Source: Centruroides vittatus (lineage: Eukaryota). From it: a DNA stretch of 64,000 nt. The stretch covers positions 124,099 to 188,098 of the forward strand of contig NW_027122668.1 in the NCBI RefSeq assembly GCF_030686945.1, in the 5' to 3' direction. The notes below the pieces were generated by a model. The model made no database searches. It was not told the DNA's origin and saw only the letters and a program-made list of their open reading frames with translations. The position numbers were made by a program, and so were the translations under genes. Below are positions 1 through 12,144 of the stretch, piece by piece. The stretch's first letter is position 1; each line of letters starts with the position of its first letter.

Positions 1-107
1 GTCACGTGAGAAAATACAACCACGTGGTGTTTTAATGGCGGAAAGTTCGACGCGGTTAACCGAGATAACAAACATCAGAATGAAGAGGAAAGGATAATAA
101 ATTTAAC
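1..107. repeat. About 105-bp repeat unit containing two CACGTG palindromes; a second copy lies at 39143..39250
   Basis: Bases 1..107 (gtcacgtgagaaaatacaaccacgtggtgttttaatggcggaaagttcgacgcggttaaccgagataacaaac...ggataataaattt) recur almost identically at 39143..39250, differing by a 4-bp indel. Sequence past each copy is unrelated. Likely the end of a transposon family. Confidence 0.5.
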
Positions 108-339
108 ACAAATTCTACACAAATAATCATAATATAATTTAATTCAAAGAACAAAACAACCGAAACTTACTCAAAATAGTATTTTTTATCGAGATATTTT
201 AATCGAGGAATAAGCCTATTTTGTACACCAGTTCTTTCTCGATCCAAGAAAATATTTCTAATCCAAAATCTTCGTTCGAATCTTCGACAAAATCTTCTAG
301 CTAAATAGAGCAAGCCGTATGAAACAAAATATGTAAACA

Positions 340-470
340 CGTGGATAGCGGCAGTGTCGGTATCGTTCGCCATCTTGAATACTGAACGCATGCGCCGAAA
401 TGTAAGCGGATTGCCGCTTGTGTGGTCGTGCTGCCGCGCGGCGAAGATGCATGTGTGCATTTTCCTTAAC
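340..470. promoter_or_regulatory. CpG-rich island, possibly a promoter or untranslated first exon
   Basis: Local GC/CpG enrichment (gcggcagtgtcggtatcgttcgccatcttg...gccgcgcggcgaag) within very AT-rich flanks. It contains a GCCATCTTG YY1-like motif and an at|gtaagc donor-like site near 400. No coding potential. The interpretation is speculative. Confidence 0.2.
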
Positions 471-1219
471 AAGTCCGACTCTACTGGGAATGAGATAATC
501 TACCTCTCTCTATCTCCCCACCCCTCGACATTTAATCACCAAAATTTAATAGTGTCAATACCTCAAACACACAAACATTCATGTAAAATTTCAGAAATTT
601 TCTACAAAAAGCACAGGAATTATTAAGATTTTCAAAAGTGGGTGAACAAAATCGTACTCCTCCCACACATATGCACACTAATATCCATAAATACAAAGGA
701 AACCCTCGAAATTTTTGCATTTCTCGACGTTTGAAAGTACCCTGAGTCCAAAAATGTAAAAATCTTGGAAGTCATTTATTTACCGATCGTCATACTTTCT
801 CTATGTTATGTATGTAATAGAGAGGGAGATAGTAAAGAACAGATACACTGTAGAAATTCGCTAATGTGACACTTACCAGATCAGAGTGGTGCCGGATTAA
901 CGAATTTCTATTTTACTAGATACATATGAAGATGCTTTTACTCTATGCCTTGAGCAATATTCTTTGAATTACAAACAAGAAAACGGACACAAAACAAACA
1001 ATGAAAATTTAAAAATAAAAAAAACGCAATGTCAGACAACACAAATAAAAGTACAATTCTCATTCGAAAATATTAATTAAATAAATTAAAAATCGAATTA
1101 AATTCAACATAAAATACAAAATTCGGCGTAAAATGTTATTAATATGTATATCAAAATATGAATAATTAATTAATTAATTAAAGATAAGCAAACTAAATTG
1201 AATAATAAATTAAACTTAC

Positions 1220-1424
1220 CAAATAAATATTCTCTTTCGATAATACTTAAATCAATATATCCAAAAAGCTTATAAATATAGATAAGAAGGCATCTTGTGG
1301 TATCACAATAACTCTTCATCTTCATGTTTAGATCGATATCCTTGCAGTATCTTTCTACATCGGGATTTTCTTGAAGCATATTGCTGAAGGATCTCATCGC
1401 TAACATCTCTTTATTGTTAAACAT
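1220..1424 (-). CDS. Putative first coding exon of an unknown gene (68 codons plus 1 nt); protein family not recognised
   Basis: The reverse-strand ORF starts at a true ATG (1424..1422) that follows an in-frame stop. It encodes MFNNKEMLAMRSFSNMLQENPDVERYCKDIDLNMKMKSYCDTTRCLLIYIYKLFGYIDLSIIEREYLF and then a canonical donor, g|gtaagt, at 1219..1214. Downstream exons were not found and may lie beyond the window start. Confidence 0.3.
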
Positions 1425-3121
1425 ATTAAAAATCTCTGTTTTGAATATCGAAAAGCTAAATTCTTTCGTTAAACTTCAGAGGATCCATCCTAATCTCGTC
1501 CTACCAACAGTCAACGTGTGAATGAATCGAAAATTTGAACTGTTTTTAACCATTTGTTGTTGAATGGTCATTGGTTAAAGATTTATTCTTTTGTCATTGT
1601 TTGACGTTGCCGTTTAGAAACTAACATGACTCATTATCTTAGTTGATGACGAAGTACAAATCCAAATAGAGTAGTCCTGCAACAACAACTCATTTGGCTT
1701 TCATATTTTTATTGAAAGTTATTGATTAAGATCCTTATTAGAATCGCCTACCTAGGCATAATAAATTATGGGTGCCTTTGGGTAAGTGGTTTTATGTAAG
1801 TTATAATTTAGATTGCAAACAATTGAGCCATCCACATAATACGTGTCGATAATGAATCTGAATATCCGTAGGCTCTATTACTTTTCGACTGATACAGGTG
1901 CTAATTATATACGCAATACGAGCATTACCAGGAGGCATCATTTTTTCATTTTAGGATTCCTGGGAAATTATTTGTTTTATTTACGGGATATTGTTTACAA
2001 GGCGTTTACTACTATTTAATTAACTCATATATTTTATAAATTAAACCGCGATTTTAAATATTTCATGTTAACAAACCTGAAATTTGGAGAATTATATGTT
2101 TTTTTTTTTTTTTTTTTTTTAGGAGTAATTACATTCTGTAATTAGATTTTGGAGAGGAACGAGAGTGAAAACGGATCTCACTGCAAAAATATTATTTATA
2201 GAGCCTCACAAAGTTGCTATTAAATTTATTTGTGACTTTCTTTTTAGTGTAATAATCGGGTTATTGGACCAACTATGTCGCTATTTGTCATTTCAGAAAA
2301 ATTTAAATTTTCCCTTTTATTACACATTGTTTTAAACGATACTGTAAAAGGTATTTGTTGCAGTTTTACCGTCCCTTGGGGTAACTATGACATAGCCTGT
2401 TTGTTGTATAGTAAACTCCATTAGTCGCAATGTACCCGGCAGCAATGGCAAGTAGGAAAAGAAAAAGGGAGAGAAACAAAATTCATTTATTAGTTAGTAA
2501 ATAACCCCTCGATTCTATGAAATTTACTTCTGTAGCTTAAACCAGCTAAACCAATTGATGAAAATTACTTGTATTTATAGACAGAGCATAGCTATAAGAG
2601 CACTAGGTAGGGTGCCACATTCAGCATCAGTTAACTAATGTTGCTGTGGCACAAAACATCTACCTAGGAAGCCAAGGTGGTTTTCTGAGATTAAACTATT
2701 CGCAGATTAAAGTATTGCGCTAAATTTATTTAAGTCAGCTTATTTTCTGCTTCATTAACACTTGGTTTCTATTTGACTACTGATAATCTGCGTAAATTTT
2801 GCTTATTCGTTGATATATTTGCATATATTTTGATTGATTTGTACACAGTTTACTAGTATTTTGGCTTATTTGTTGTAGTATTTACATGTACTACGACTGA
2901 TTTACTACTATTTTCTGATGCACTCATTCATTAATAATTGTTTGTGTATTCCACACGCTGATACATATCATTCTAAAACATAATAATAAATTTTCCTGGT
3001 TGATTACGATAAAAATACTTAATTACAATGAACAAATAATACTTAAAGTATAAATTTTAGTGTATAAATCCGAAGAAATCCGGAGAAATAAAATATGTTT
3101 TAGTCTGAGTAGGATTCAAAC

Positions 3122-3288
3122 CAGTGGCGTAGCGAGAGGGGTGCAAGCGGGTCTATCGTGCACCGGACGCCACTCGCAGAGGGGCGCCCAAACGGTCTCC
3201 AGGACAAACTATATGTGTTTCTGGAGGGGGAAGGGGGCGCCAATAAAGTGTCGTGCCCCGGGCGCCAGTTATGTTCGCTACGCCACTG
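3122..3288. mobile_element. hAT-like MITE with TIR cagtggcgtagcga and an 8-bp target-site duplication attcaaac
   Basis: Terminal inverted repeats cagtggcgtagcg...cgctacgccactg flanked by the direct repeat attcaaac on both sides. A second copy at 17415..17585 is in the opposite orientation. The internal ORFs 3060..3308 and 3100..3351 are artefacts of the GC-rich element. Confidence 0.5.
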
Positions 3289-4040
3289 ATTCAAACCACG
3301 TCTTTTAAGCGTAACATAAAATACCAAGCATTTGCTATGCAATAAATGCAAAAATAAATCATTCTCAAGAGTGATGTTTAGTCATTCGATAGATCTCATA
3401 TCTTTCGTATATTTCAGAACATAACTCGCTCCCTAGTCCTTATCGTGTATAAACTTTTATCTATAAAATTCGTACACCTCAATTTAACAAAAGTTCAATG
3501 AGCGTCACTCAAGTAAATTACAACAAGGTTGATTAAAGAGGGATTACTAGACTCGAAGTCTACTCTTTTTTAGGTTACACGGAGCATTACAAAATCGAAA
3601 TTTTTATCCATCTTTATACTGACACGAAACACGAGAATACTAGGGTTAAAAGCAAAACAAGATTTTATGTAAATAAATAATTTTAATCTATATACAATTT
3701 TCTCTTTATAGTTTATTACATATGGTTTCCTCTAATATCAAATAATTTGAATTCACTGAATAACTATTTAACTATTCGCAATTCACTGTACAATATTAAA
3801 GAATATTTAAGTCAACATTTCAAAATAAGAATGTCAAATGTACATAAATAAATCTATAAGATACATCTACTGAGCTCAGTAAATAAATGTAATATCTCTA
3901 CAATAATATTACAGACTTTCATTTGATTCTTAATCTATAGTCTCAGTCTATAGTCTACTTTATAATAACAATTTACTATATTATTTTTTCTGTGTCAATC
4001 GATTATCTTTATAATCTTTGGGTTATACTTTTAAACAGAA

Positions 4041-5060
4041 ATGAGAGCCGGAACTTCGTCTAACATTAGAGACGATGTGAATAAAATTTGGAATAAATCC
4101 GTAAATTTAAAAGAAGAATTATGTTTCCAATGTTTTCTCACTTCAGTTACATCAACAGCAAGGCTCTATGGTTTGACATTTTTCAATCCTTGCTCTTGTA
4201 AGATGAACAATGAAAGTTTTTCGTATAAAATCTATGTATTATTTATCGAATGTATTTATTGGATACACTTCTTCATGATAATACTTACGATAATCCCTTT
4301 GCTAGGCAATAGAAACCCGTGCAATGCGATGTTCTCTCTTGTCCATCGTGATATCTTTGTCAAATTGATCTTCGCTTGTGGGGCTCTCTCGTATGCTCTT
4401 GTATTTAGTATTATGAAAAGAATCGATTTAAATCCAAAATTAAAATTAAGAAAATCGTGTTATTTTTGTCAGGATGAACTCTTTACTGTTATTAATTATA
4501 CGGGAATCATCATCACGATTTCCGCTATAATTATTATAATATGGATTCAAGTATTAACCACTGTCATCGTTTATCCGGCTTTGGAAGAAGGTAAATCTTA
4601 CAAATACGAAGCTCTTTTCTGTTGCGTTGAAATTGGAATCTGGTTGAATTTAATTATTGGAGGATTGTCTTACCTCTTTTACTTCCTTTTCGTGCTCGCA
4701 ATTATATTGATGAAAGCATTTCGGAAAGTTTCTGAAGAATTATATCTGTTAAAGCGAAACAATCCGAATTTACATCTAGAATTGGAAGAGATCATGGTGC
4801 AGCATGATGAAATTTGGAATTACACCAATCAAATGAATGGTTCATTCAATTATATTATTACAATTTTATATTGCACTTTAATAACGGAAACGAGCCTACT
4901 ATACTACACTGCTGCTTTTTCAGAAATAAAATTTGTATTGAGATTGTGTATTTTTTTAATGTGTTTTGCGGCATTATCTGTGTGCTTTCTAGTAGGATTC
5001 TTGTTATCTGCCTTCACATCTACTGTAAATAATTTACCGAAAATGAATAAACTAACATAA
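4041..5060 (+). CDS. 7TM chemoreceptor-like gene (insect gustatory/odorant receptor superfamily-like), one 339-codon exon; the 3' end is uncertain
   Basis: One ORF of 339 aa has a roughly 60-aa hydrophilic N-terminus followed by 6-7 hydrophobic helices (IYVLFIECIYWIHFFMIILTIIPLL, IFVKLIFACGALSYALVFSIM, GIIITISAIIIIIWIQVLTTVIVYP, CVEIGIWLNLIIGGLSYLFYFLFVLAIILM, FNYIITILYCTLITETSLLYY, LCIFLMCFAALSVCFLVGFLLSAF). This topology is typical of insect Gr/Or chemoreceptors. The ATG at 4041 follows an AT-rich upstream region. Possible small 3' exons follow at about 5104..5172 and 5418..5495 (both cag| acceptors, the first with a gtaaga donor), and a donor, tct act|gtaaat, lies at 5026. The canonical TYhhhhhQF motif was not found, so the family assignment is tentative. 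Confidence 0.45.
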   Translation: MRAGTSSNIRDDVNKIWNKSVNLKEELCFQCFLTSVTSTARLYGLTFFNPCSCKMNNESFSYKIYVLFIECIYWIHFFMIILTIIPLLGNRNPCNAMFSLVHRDIFVKLIFACGALSYALVFSIMKRIDLNPKLKLRKSCYFCQDELFTVINYTGIIITISAIIIIIWIQVLTTVIVYPALEEGKSYKYEALFCCVEIGIWLNLIIGGLSYLFYFLFVLAIILMKAFRKVSEELYLLKRNNPNLHLELEEIMVQHDEIWNYTNQMNGSFNYIITILYCTLITETSLLYYTAAFSEIKFVLRLCIFLMCFAALSVCFLVGFLLSAFTSTVNNLPKMNKLT

Positions 5061-5632
5061 TTTTAACTTATACTCGGTAAAATATATTTATTCGTTTCTT
5101 TCAGATGCTAACATCTTTTCAAGAAATTCGGAGATTTGCCGAATGCAAACTGCAACTGGAACAGAAATTGAAAGTAAGACTTTAATAAGACATTTAATTA
5201 AAATTTAAAGTTATATAAATTAAATTAAATTGATGTTTAGATATTGAATTTTATGAAGAGATTTGGAAAAGTTTTCTTGTGTTTATCTGTCAATAATTAT
5301 TTTAACATAACAAAGAAGTTTCCAATTAAAGTAAGTAATTCAATAAACGTTATCGAGTGTTGATGAATATTATATAGAAAGATAAGTTCAATTTGCATTA
5401 TTTCTTTAAATATTTTCAGATGGCCAGTGCTCTTCATTCTGTATTTTCTGGACTTTTGAAGTTAAGATCAACTGCTAGGCCGAAAATTAGCATTTGAATT
5501 TAAAAAATCACACGATTATAAGTGTTAGACATATCAAGAAACATTTTTTTTAAGTTTTTGTTTTATTTGAGTTTTGATTCGCACTTAAATACCAAAAAAA
5601 AAGGCTTGGTTTTGTCAAGCTCTGCAGATCTG

Positions 5633-5867
5633 TTTTTTTTAACTCTTTCCGTCCTATGGGCACTAAGAAGGCCTCTTTTTGCAAGCCCATTATGGATTCG
5701 GCCAGACTCACAATGGGCGGCCGGGTGGTAAGGAATGGGGCCCGACATATTCGGATGGACCACACCCCGAAAACTTCCGGGTCGAAAAATTCCGGGAATT
5801 TTTCGACCCGTCCGGATTCGATCCCGGGTTCCCCAGAGGCTGCCACCTCGACAGCTCGGCCATCCGG
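5633..5867 (-). mobile_element. tRNA-derived SINE, copy A
   Basis: The GC-rich unit ends in a tRNA-like head (ggccgratggccgagcggttaagg...gggttcgaatcc motif, read on the reverse strand here) and starts with a poly-T run at 5633..5640, which is the poly-A tail on the minus strand. The same unit recurs at 6920..7146, 60417..60635, 62492..62716 and 62711..62960. The many overlapping ORFs at 5522..5983 are artefacts. Confidence 0.6.
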
Positions 5868-6625
5868 CTGTCAAAACTCTTAAGATCTGGTGGCGAGGAA
5901 CGGGTCGTCCAATAATTCCTGAGGTTTCTGATCTGACCCCTCACAGCGGTAAGTGCTGTAGAATTGACATTACTTGATGTCATTATTTTAATAAAAATTT
6001 ACTTTACATTTACCTCTCTGCATTTTGTTTTTTCTATTAACTTTTTATAAATTAGAATTTGTTTTGAGACGTATTCAGGAAGATTTTTATGGTGATGCGT
6101 CAGTCTCTTCATACCAAAGCAATCAGTTTTGTTACATTAAAATAATAATAAACATAGTAACGCATATACATTACATATATCATTACGATTAGGTAAGATT
6201 ACGTAACTAAAGTAAATCTAAGGTAATTGAGTAACATTCTACCGAAACAACTAGAATTACGTTCCCTGGTCCCTCCGAATCTGCCTCGAGCAGCACCCAT
6301 ATTCTCAACATCGTGGATAGGCCACTGGATTTTTGGATAACTGTTTTCCTTCTGAAGCCCGGTGCAAAATAGACATTAGAGGAAATTGTTGTAGGCAAGT
6401 AACTGTTTTCCTTGGACGATCTGGCGATGTCGCCCCTTGTGATATCACGCGCGACACAGTTGTAAAGAACCAATGAACTTTTCGTCTATCTCTCTACGAA
6501 CTATTATTCGGTAGTTTGTTTGTAAAATGGCAACGACGATTTGTTGGTGTTATCTTCGGTTGCTTCTATTTTTTGCCTATTTGGCAAAAATTTAATAAAT
6601 AAACGAAACCAGGGTCTCAATAGAG

Positions 6626-6854
6626 AATAGCGAAGTTGATGCCGAAGTTTTAAACGCGAAAACGTGTACGTCGGACGTTCAGCGCCGCTTTCCTGTAAGT
6701 CTAGAAGTTTGACAGTGGCATTTGGAAAGTCAGTGGAATCATGCTCGACATTCCAAACGCCATTGTCAAACTTCTAGGCTTACAGGAAAGCGGCGCTGAA
6801 CTTTCGACGTACACGTTTTCGCGTTGAAAACTTCGGCCTCAACCTCGCTAATAG
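6626..6854. mobile_element. Palindromic 225-bp MITE (family tagcgaggttgaggccgaagttttaaacgcgaaaacgtg...)
   Basis: The two halves are near-perfect reverse complements (about 105-bp arms around the centre tggaatcatgctcga). Other copies lie at 22504..22727, 29844..30062, 47816..48038 and 54352..54570; the last two are the duplicated images of the 22504 and 29844 copies. Confidence 0.6.
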
Positions 6855-6919
6855 ATTCGCCGTCCTGATAGGCTCATAACTTTTATAAATTCAATTAAAC
6901 CGACGGAATTATTTATACT

Positions 6920-7146
6920 TTTTTTTTAACTCTTTCCGCCCTGTGGGCACTAAGAGGGCCTCTTTTTGCAAGCCATTATGGGTTCCGCAAGGCCCATAAT
7001 AGGGCAACCGGGTGGTGAGGGATGGGGCCCAACATAACCGGACGGACCACCCCCGAAAAATTCCTGGGATTTTTCGACTCGTCGGGATTCGAACCCGGGT
7101 CGCCCAGAGCGGTAGGCTGCCACCTTAACCGCTCGGCCATCCGGCC
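6920..7146 (-). mobile_element. tRNA-derived SINE, copy B
   Basis: Same unit as 5633..5867: poly-T at 6920..6927, and the tRNA-like head ...ggtaggctgccaccttaaccgctcggccatccggcc at 7100..7146. Confidence 0.6.
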
Positions 7147-7779
7147 TGAATTATTTATACTGTATTTTACATCTATGAAAATTAATTAACAAACAGCTTC
7201 GTTTCGTAATCCCAGCATAGTCAAGCCATTGTTGAAAGGAGATTGAAATTACAGTACAAACACATCAAGACTTGTTTGTGGCCTACAGTCGCAATATGTT
7301 TGATCCAAGAGTCGTCGAAGGATATAACATAGAGTGACCGCGCGATCGGTAGTCGAACCTACGACGATAGAATGAATTTCATTCGACGTCGCCTTCAACC
7401 AGTTTGCTTCAATATCAACTAGTTTGTGCCAGGCTTAACGCGGCATTCTCTCAAAAAAAAGATTAATACTAAGAGAATGGAGTTGTCCCTAAATTTTTTA
7501 TATTTTTCCCTATTTATACTTTTAAAATTGTTAATTTTAAAAATATAAATAAATTTAATATTCAAATTATTAATTTTATATATTATAAAATTAATTTTAA
7601 TACATTATTTTATAGTTTTAAAGATTTTAGTAAATAAATACTAAAATAATATCTAATGTATATATTTCAGATGGCGCTTTAGTAACAATGCTGCTTGCAG
7701 GTTACACGCTTTCGAAATATTGTATAATGTATATCTTTTAATATAAATAAAACCTTGATTTTGGATTCGAAGTTTCAAG

Positions 7780-9219
7780 ATGGTCTCAATTCAAACAAAG
7801 GTGAGTCAGAAAAATATTTTGATTAATTTTAATAAATTAAAAGTTTAATTAAAACAAATATATTGATTATTTCAGATATGTCTTCATTCTATCACCAAAT
7901 CTGTAGTTTTTATCAGCAAAAGTATTTCAACAACTCCACGAATTGTAGTCACTGGATTAGGTCTTGTTTGCCCGCTAGGTGTTGGTGTCAAATATGCATG
8001 GCCTAGACTTTTAAATGGTGAATGTGGTGTTTTTAATCTACCTCAGGAAAAGTATCAAGGTATACCCTGTCAAGTTGCAGCATTTGTTCCAAAGGGATCA
8101 AATCCAGGGGAGTTTACCTATGAAAATTTTCAAAAGTCTGAAATTAGAAGTATGTCTTTGGCCTCTATGTATGGTTTGACAGCTGCAAAAGAAGCTATTG
8201 AAGATGCTGGTTGGCAACCTACAAGTGAAAATGAAAAAAATTATACAGGAGTAGCAATAGGAACAGGCGTGATTGATTTAGAAGAAGTTACAGATACGGG
8301 TTGTGGCCTCAGAGATAAAGGTTATCGTACAGTCAGCCCTCATTTTGTAACAAAAACTTTAGTTAATATTCCTGCTGGATATATCAGTATGAAATATGAT
8401 TGTAGAGGACCAAATCATGCTGTATCTACTGCATGTACAACTGGAGTCCATGCAATTGGAGATGCTTTTAATTTTCTTAGGAAAGGAGATGCTTCTGTAA
8501 TGATTTGTGGTAGTACAGAAGCTGCAATAGGTCCACTATCTATAGCAGCCTTTTCAAGAATGAGAGCATTATCCACAAACTTTAATTCTAAACCACAAAA
8601 GTCGTCTCGTCCATTTGATAAGAAGCGTGATGGATTTGTTATGGGAGAGGGAGCAGGTGTTATAATTTTAGAAACTTTAGAGCATGCCAAAGAAAGAAAT
8701 GCAAAAATTTATGCAGAAATATTAGGATATGGTTTATCTGGTGATGCTTATCATGTTACTGCACCCAGAGAAGATGGTGGTGGTGCATATCGTTGCATGA
8801 ATGCAGCTATAAATGATACTCAAATCGATAAGGAGTCTATATTTTATATTAATGCTCATGCAACTTCCACTCCTCAGGGAGACAATGCCGAAATCACGGC
8901 AATCAAAAGATTATTCGGCAATCATGCCGAAAAACTTGCTATATCTTCTACCAAAGGTGCCATTGGACATTTATTAGGAGCTGCAGGAAGTGTAGAAGCT
9001 ATTTTCACCATTTTATCTTGCCATACAAGTACTGTTCCTCCAACTGTTAACCTAGAAGAACCAGAAGATCAGTTTAAAAATTTAAATTTTGTGCCAAATA
9101 AATCTCAGTCGTGGCCTCTAATGGAAAATTCTAAATGCAATCAAAGAATTGCTTTAACCAATTCTTTTGGTTTTGGTGGTACTAATGCATCATTGGTAAT
9201 TAGTAATTTTATTCAATAA
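7780..9219 (+). CDS. OXSM: Mitochondrial 3-oxoacyl-[acyl-carrier-protein] synthase (beta-ketoacyl-ACP synthase II, OXSM/FabF family); join(7780..7800,7876..9219)
   Basis: The long exon encodes the full KAS fold: the N-terminal PRIVVTGLGLVCPLG motif, the active-site Cys in AVSTACTTGVHAIGDA, the catalytic His residues in INAHATSTPQGD and TKGAIGHLLGAAG, and the C-terminal NSFGFGGTNASLVI. A short first exon, atggtctcaattcaaacaaag (MVSIQTK, 7780..7800), ends at the donor aag|gtgagt. Its acceptor ttatttcag| at 7875 joins in frame to ICLHSITKSVVFISKSISTTPRIVV..., a plausible mitochondrial presequence. The stop is taa at 9217..9219. The main exon is near-certain; the exon 1 assignment is about 0.6. 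Confidence 0.88.
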
Positions 9220-9264
9220 TGAAAATGTTAATACATTGTATATAGTCTGTAATTATGAATATAA

Positions 9265-9270
9265 AATAAA
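9265..9270 (+). terminator. Candidate polyadenylation signal (aataaa) for the OXSM transcript
   Basis: AATAAA lies 46 bp downstream of the OXSM stop codon in AT-rich 3' UTR-like sequence. Confidence 0.3.
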
Positions 9271-11957
9271 TTATTTTTATTAGAAAATTCCTTTGGTGTA
9301 AAACAATAATCTGTTCATTTAAAATGAAACAAACAGCATTCATTCAAATTAAAACTTTTACAAATTAATTCACAATTAGTAAAAACTAATTTTATATAGA
9401 GATGTTTAAGTACTGTACAGTTAAAAATATAAATCAGTTTTATATTTAATGTAACTGCTCTTTTAAATTGCAAACTTTTTAAAATTTTATCAAGACTTCT
9501 ACTTTTTCATGCAAAAAAATTTATATTAATCGATGTCATTATTGTCTTTCATACTGTACGTACAGTACAGTACAATAATGTCGACTATTTAAACAACTGT
9601 AACTTATTGTCGATGCCATTTTGTAAGCTCTTTAAACAAAGCACCATATCACACGGTACATGAAATTTATTTCTCAATGCGGAAATAAAAATTTACCATA
9701 AAGCTAATTTCACTGACGAAATCACGTGGTTCATCAACACGTGTTAAAAGCGATTCGAGCGCACTCTCGATTGTCGATAAAATTTTCGTTTGACATTTAT
9801 AACTTCTAAAATCGTTTTGATCGATAATTCACGACCTAATTACTTTTACATAATTTATTTAAATATTCTTCATATTAATTACAGAAATATAATTCTATAA
9901 TTATTTTAAACTAATTTATCGAACTGTATTTTACTGTATTGTGACAACCTAACAATGCAACAAAATGAGATTAGAAAAAAATAATAAATCGCGTTACGTC
10001 TTTCCGGTGGGCGGTACTATAAAACGTTGCACGATAGTTAGAAACCGTCCGGCGAGTTGCATAATATATATCGTTAAAGTGAAAGATAAGTGCTTTTACG
10101 ATAAAGTTGTCGCTGTTCCGCGTCTGTCCGAAACATTTCTCTCAGAGTTCCTACACCGGATTAACTTAAGGTATATTAAAAATTAATTTTATTAATTTAC
10201 TTATTAAAATAAACTATTTAAAAATACTTCGAGTGAATTTAATTTATTTTTTAATTATTCAAATTTATTTAAATATAAATTATTCTAAGGGCAGTATAGA
10301 AATGGAGTTTTTAGAAGTTTTAGCGTCAAATAGAAATGATAATTTAAAAAAAAAAAAAAAACTATACTTTTACTTGTACGAAATGTACATTTTTAAAAGT
10401 AATTTATCGTTATAAATTAAGACAATTTTTTTATTTATTTATATTTTTAAACCAATAGGATCGTCCATAAATCACTTAAGGGACCAAGTATGACGTCACT
10501 AGTTTATGAGGGGAAGTAAGGTGTGTCTTTGATGACGTAAAATGCACCAGTTGTTTATTTTTCATCACAAAAATGTCTGAAAATAATTCTTGTATATTTG
10601 TGGATGGTGGTAACTTCTGGCTTGTTGATATAGAAGTAGGGGAATAGACATAAATCACAAAGCAGTTGACTACACGGAGGAAAAAACAAAAACAAAACCG
10701 AAACCAAAAAAACGGGGATATTAATTTTAAAATAACGGGACGAGATCTCGAGCTCTTCTCGCGAGCACTATCGTTGAGTTGTTAAACACGGACGTCTAAC
10801 AATAAAAGGGGGTAAAAAAAATGGGCAAATACTTCAATGGCCCCTAACGCTGTCTTTATACTTACAACTGTCATTCCACTTCTCTGTAAGCTCTGTCATG
10901 CCATCATACATACCTCAAAATTATATAATGTGTATGCTTGGTCTACCCTGTTATTGTAATAAGGAATTGTAAATACATAGATTGGGATTGGGCATTACAT
11001 TATTAATCACATTGATCCGTGACAAACATTACAGTTCATTATGCAACACTTCAGAAACAATCATTCTGTTATCCAAACTTAATCCTTACATACATGGTAT
11101 TTAACAAATAGCCAGGACTGTATTGGGCCTAGGAGTAGACTGAGCCTTTTTTGTCTTTGGGTTTCTTTTTTAGTCATATTTTTTTTCTGTAACAAATGAA
11201 GTACATTAAATGTTTGTTTATTAACAAAAAGCAGGCTTAGATTTTTATCCTCTTATAGCCAAAATAACATTATAATAACAATTAAATAAAATCTTCATTT
11301 CTAAAAGCAGAGTTCAATAACTTTTTATATTTTTTATGGCATAATTAAAGTTTTCTGTTCTTTGTTAGTTTTGTAGTTTCATATAAAGAATGTCTGTTTG
11401 TTTAGTTAAGTTACAGTAATGCAACACTTGGGCAATCTGCCTAGGGGGGATGCCTTCCGTGAGGTCTTTTTAAGGGTAACTGGCCCCTATTTAGGCATTA
11501 GACGTGGAGAAAACCTGGAAAACTCCACATGGCAGCCCATCCCAGAAAGGCACAAACCCACAACCTAACTCCCCAGTGTTCGGTGAACGGAATTGTTTGG
11601 CCACTGGTAGGCCCATATAAAGACTGAATGAATAAAATTCCTTTTTTTTTTCCTTTTAATATCTTTTGATATTAAAAATATAACTGCTTCAAAGAATACT
11701 GTAAATTAAATTTCAATAAATTCTTTATAAATTTTTAATAAAATTTAGAAATACAAAAAGTTGTTCTCAACTTCTTTCTAAATTGAAATCTTTATGTTGA
11801 TTAATGAATCATTAAACAGTTCTATATTTGATCGAAATTAACTTCACTTATTGTATAGGATTCACATTTTAAAATATGTTGTTTACAAAACATGCAAATA
11901 CTTTATTTGAAACCAATTAGATCAAAAGGAATTTGTATTCGATAGGCTCTGATTAAT

Positions 11958-12144
11958 TGAGTATTGAACACAAGACTGTTATTTATTAAACACTTGGCTT
12001 TTTCTGCCTTTATTTAGTTGAATACACTAAAATACTTTTGATTAGTTGAACTTTGACTAGTTGAATACATTTTGTATATTCAACTAAATAAAGGTGGAAA
12101 AAGCCAAATGTTTAATAAATAACAGTCTTGTGTTCAATACTCAA
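11958..12144. mobile_element. Foldback MITE with about 60-bp terminal inverted repeats
   Basis: tgagtattgaacacaagactgttatttattaaacacttggctttttc... is followed by its reverse complement ...gaaaaagccaaatgtttaataaataacagtcttgtgttcaatactca. The direct repeat aggctctgatta flanks the element at about 11943 and 12176. Confidence 0.45.

Noticed and set aside
167-626. Overlapping ORFs of 90-101 aa around the CpG-rich patch
   Set aside because: They show no protein-like composition or motifs. They are likely untranslated or promoter sequence.
3060-3351. 82-aa and 83-aa ORFs on opposite strands
   Set aside because: Both read through the GC-rich hAT-like MITE 3122..3288. The same element at 17415..17585 yields ORF 17375..17566.
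5522-5983. Cluster of overlapping 69-103-aa ORFs on both strands
   Set aside because: They lie entirely within the GC-rich tRNA-derived SINE copy. The ORFs arise from the lack of stop codons in GC-rich repeat sequence. The same applies to 60353..60725 and 62422..63037.
8415-8690. 91-aa ORF on the minus strand
   Set aside because: It is antisense to the well-supported OXSM exon and is a chance frame.
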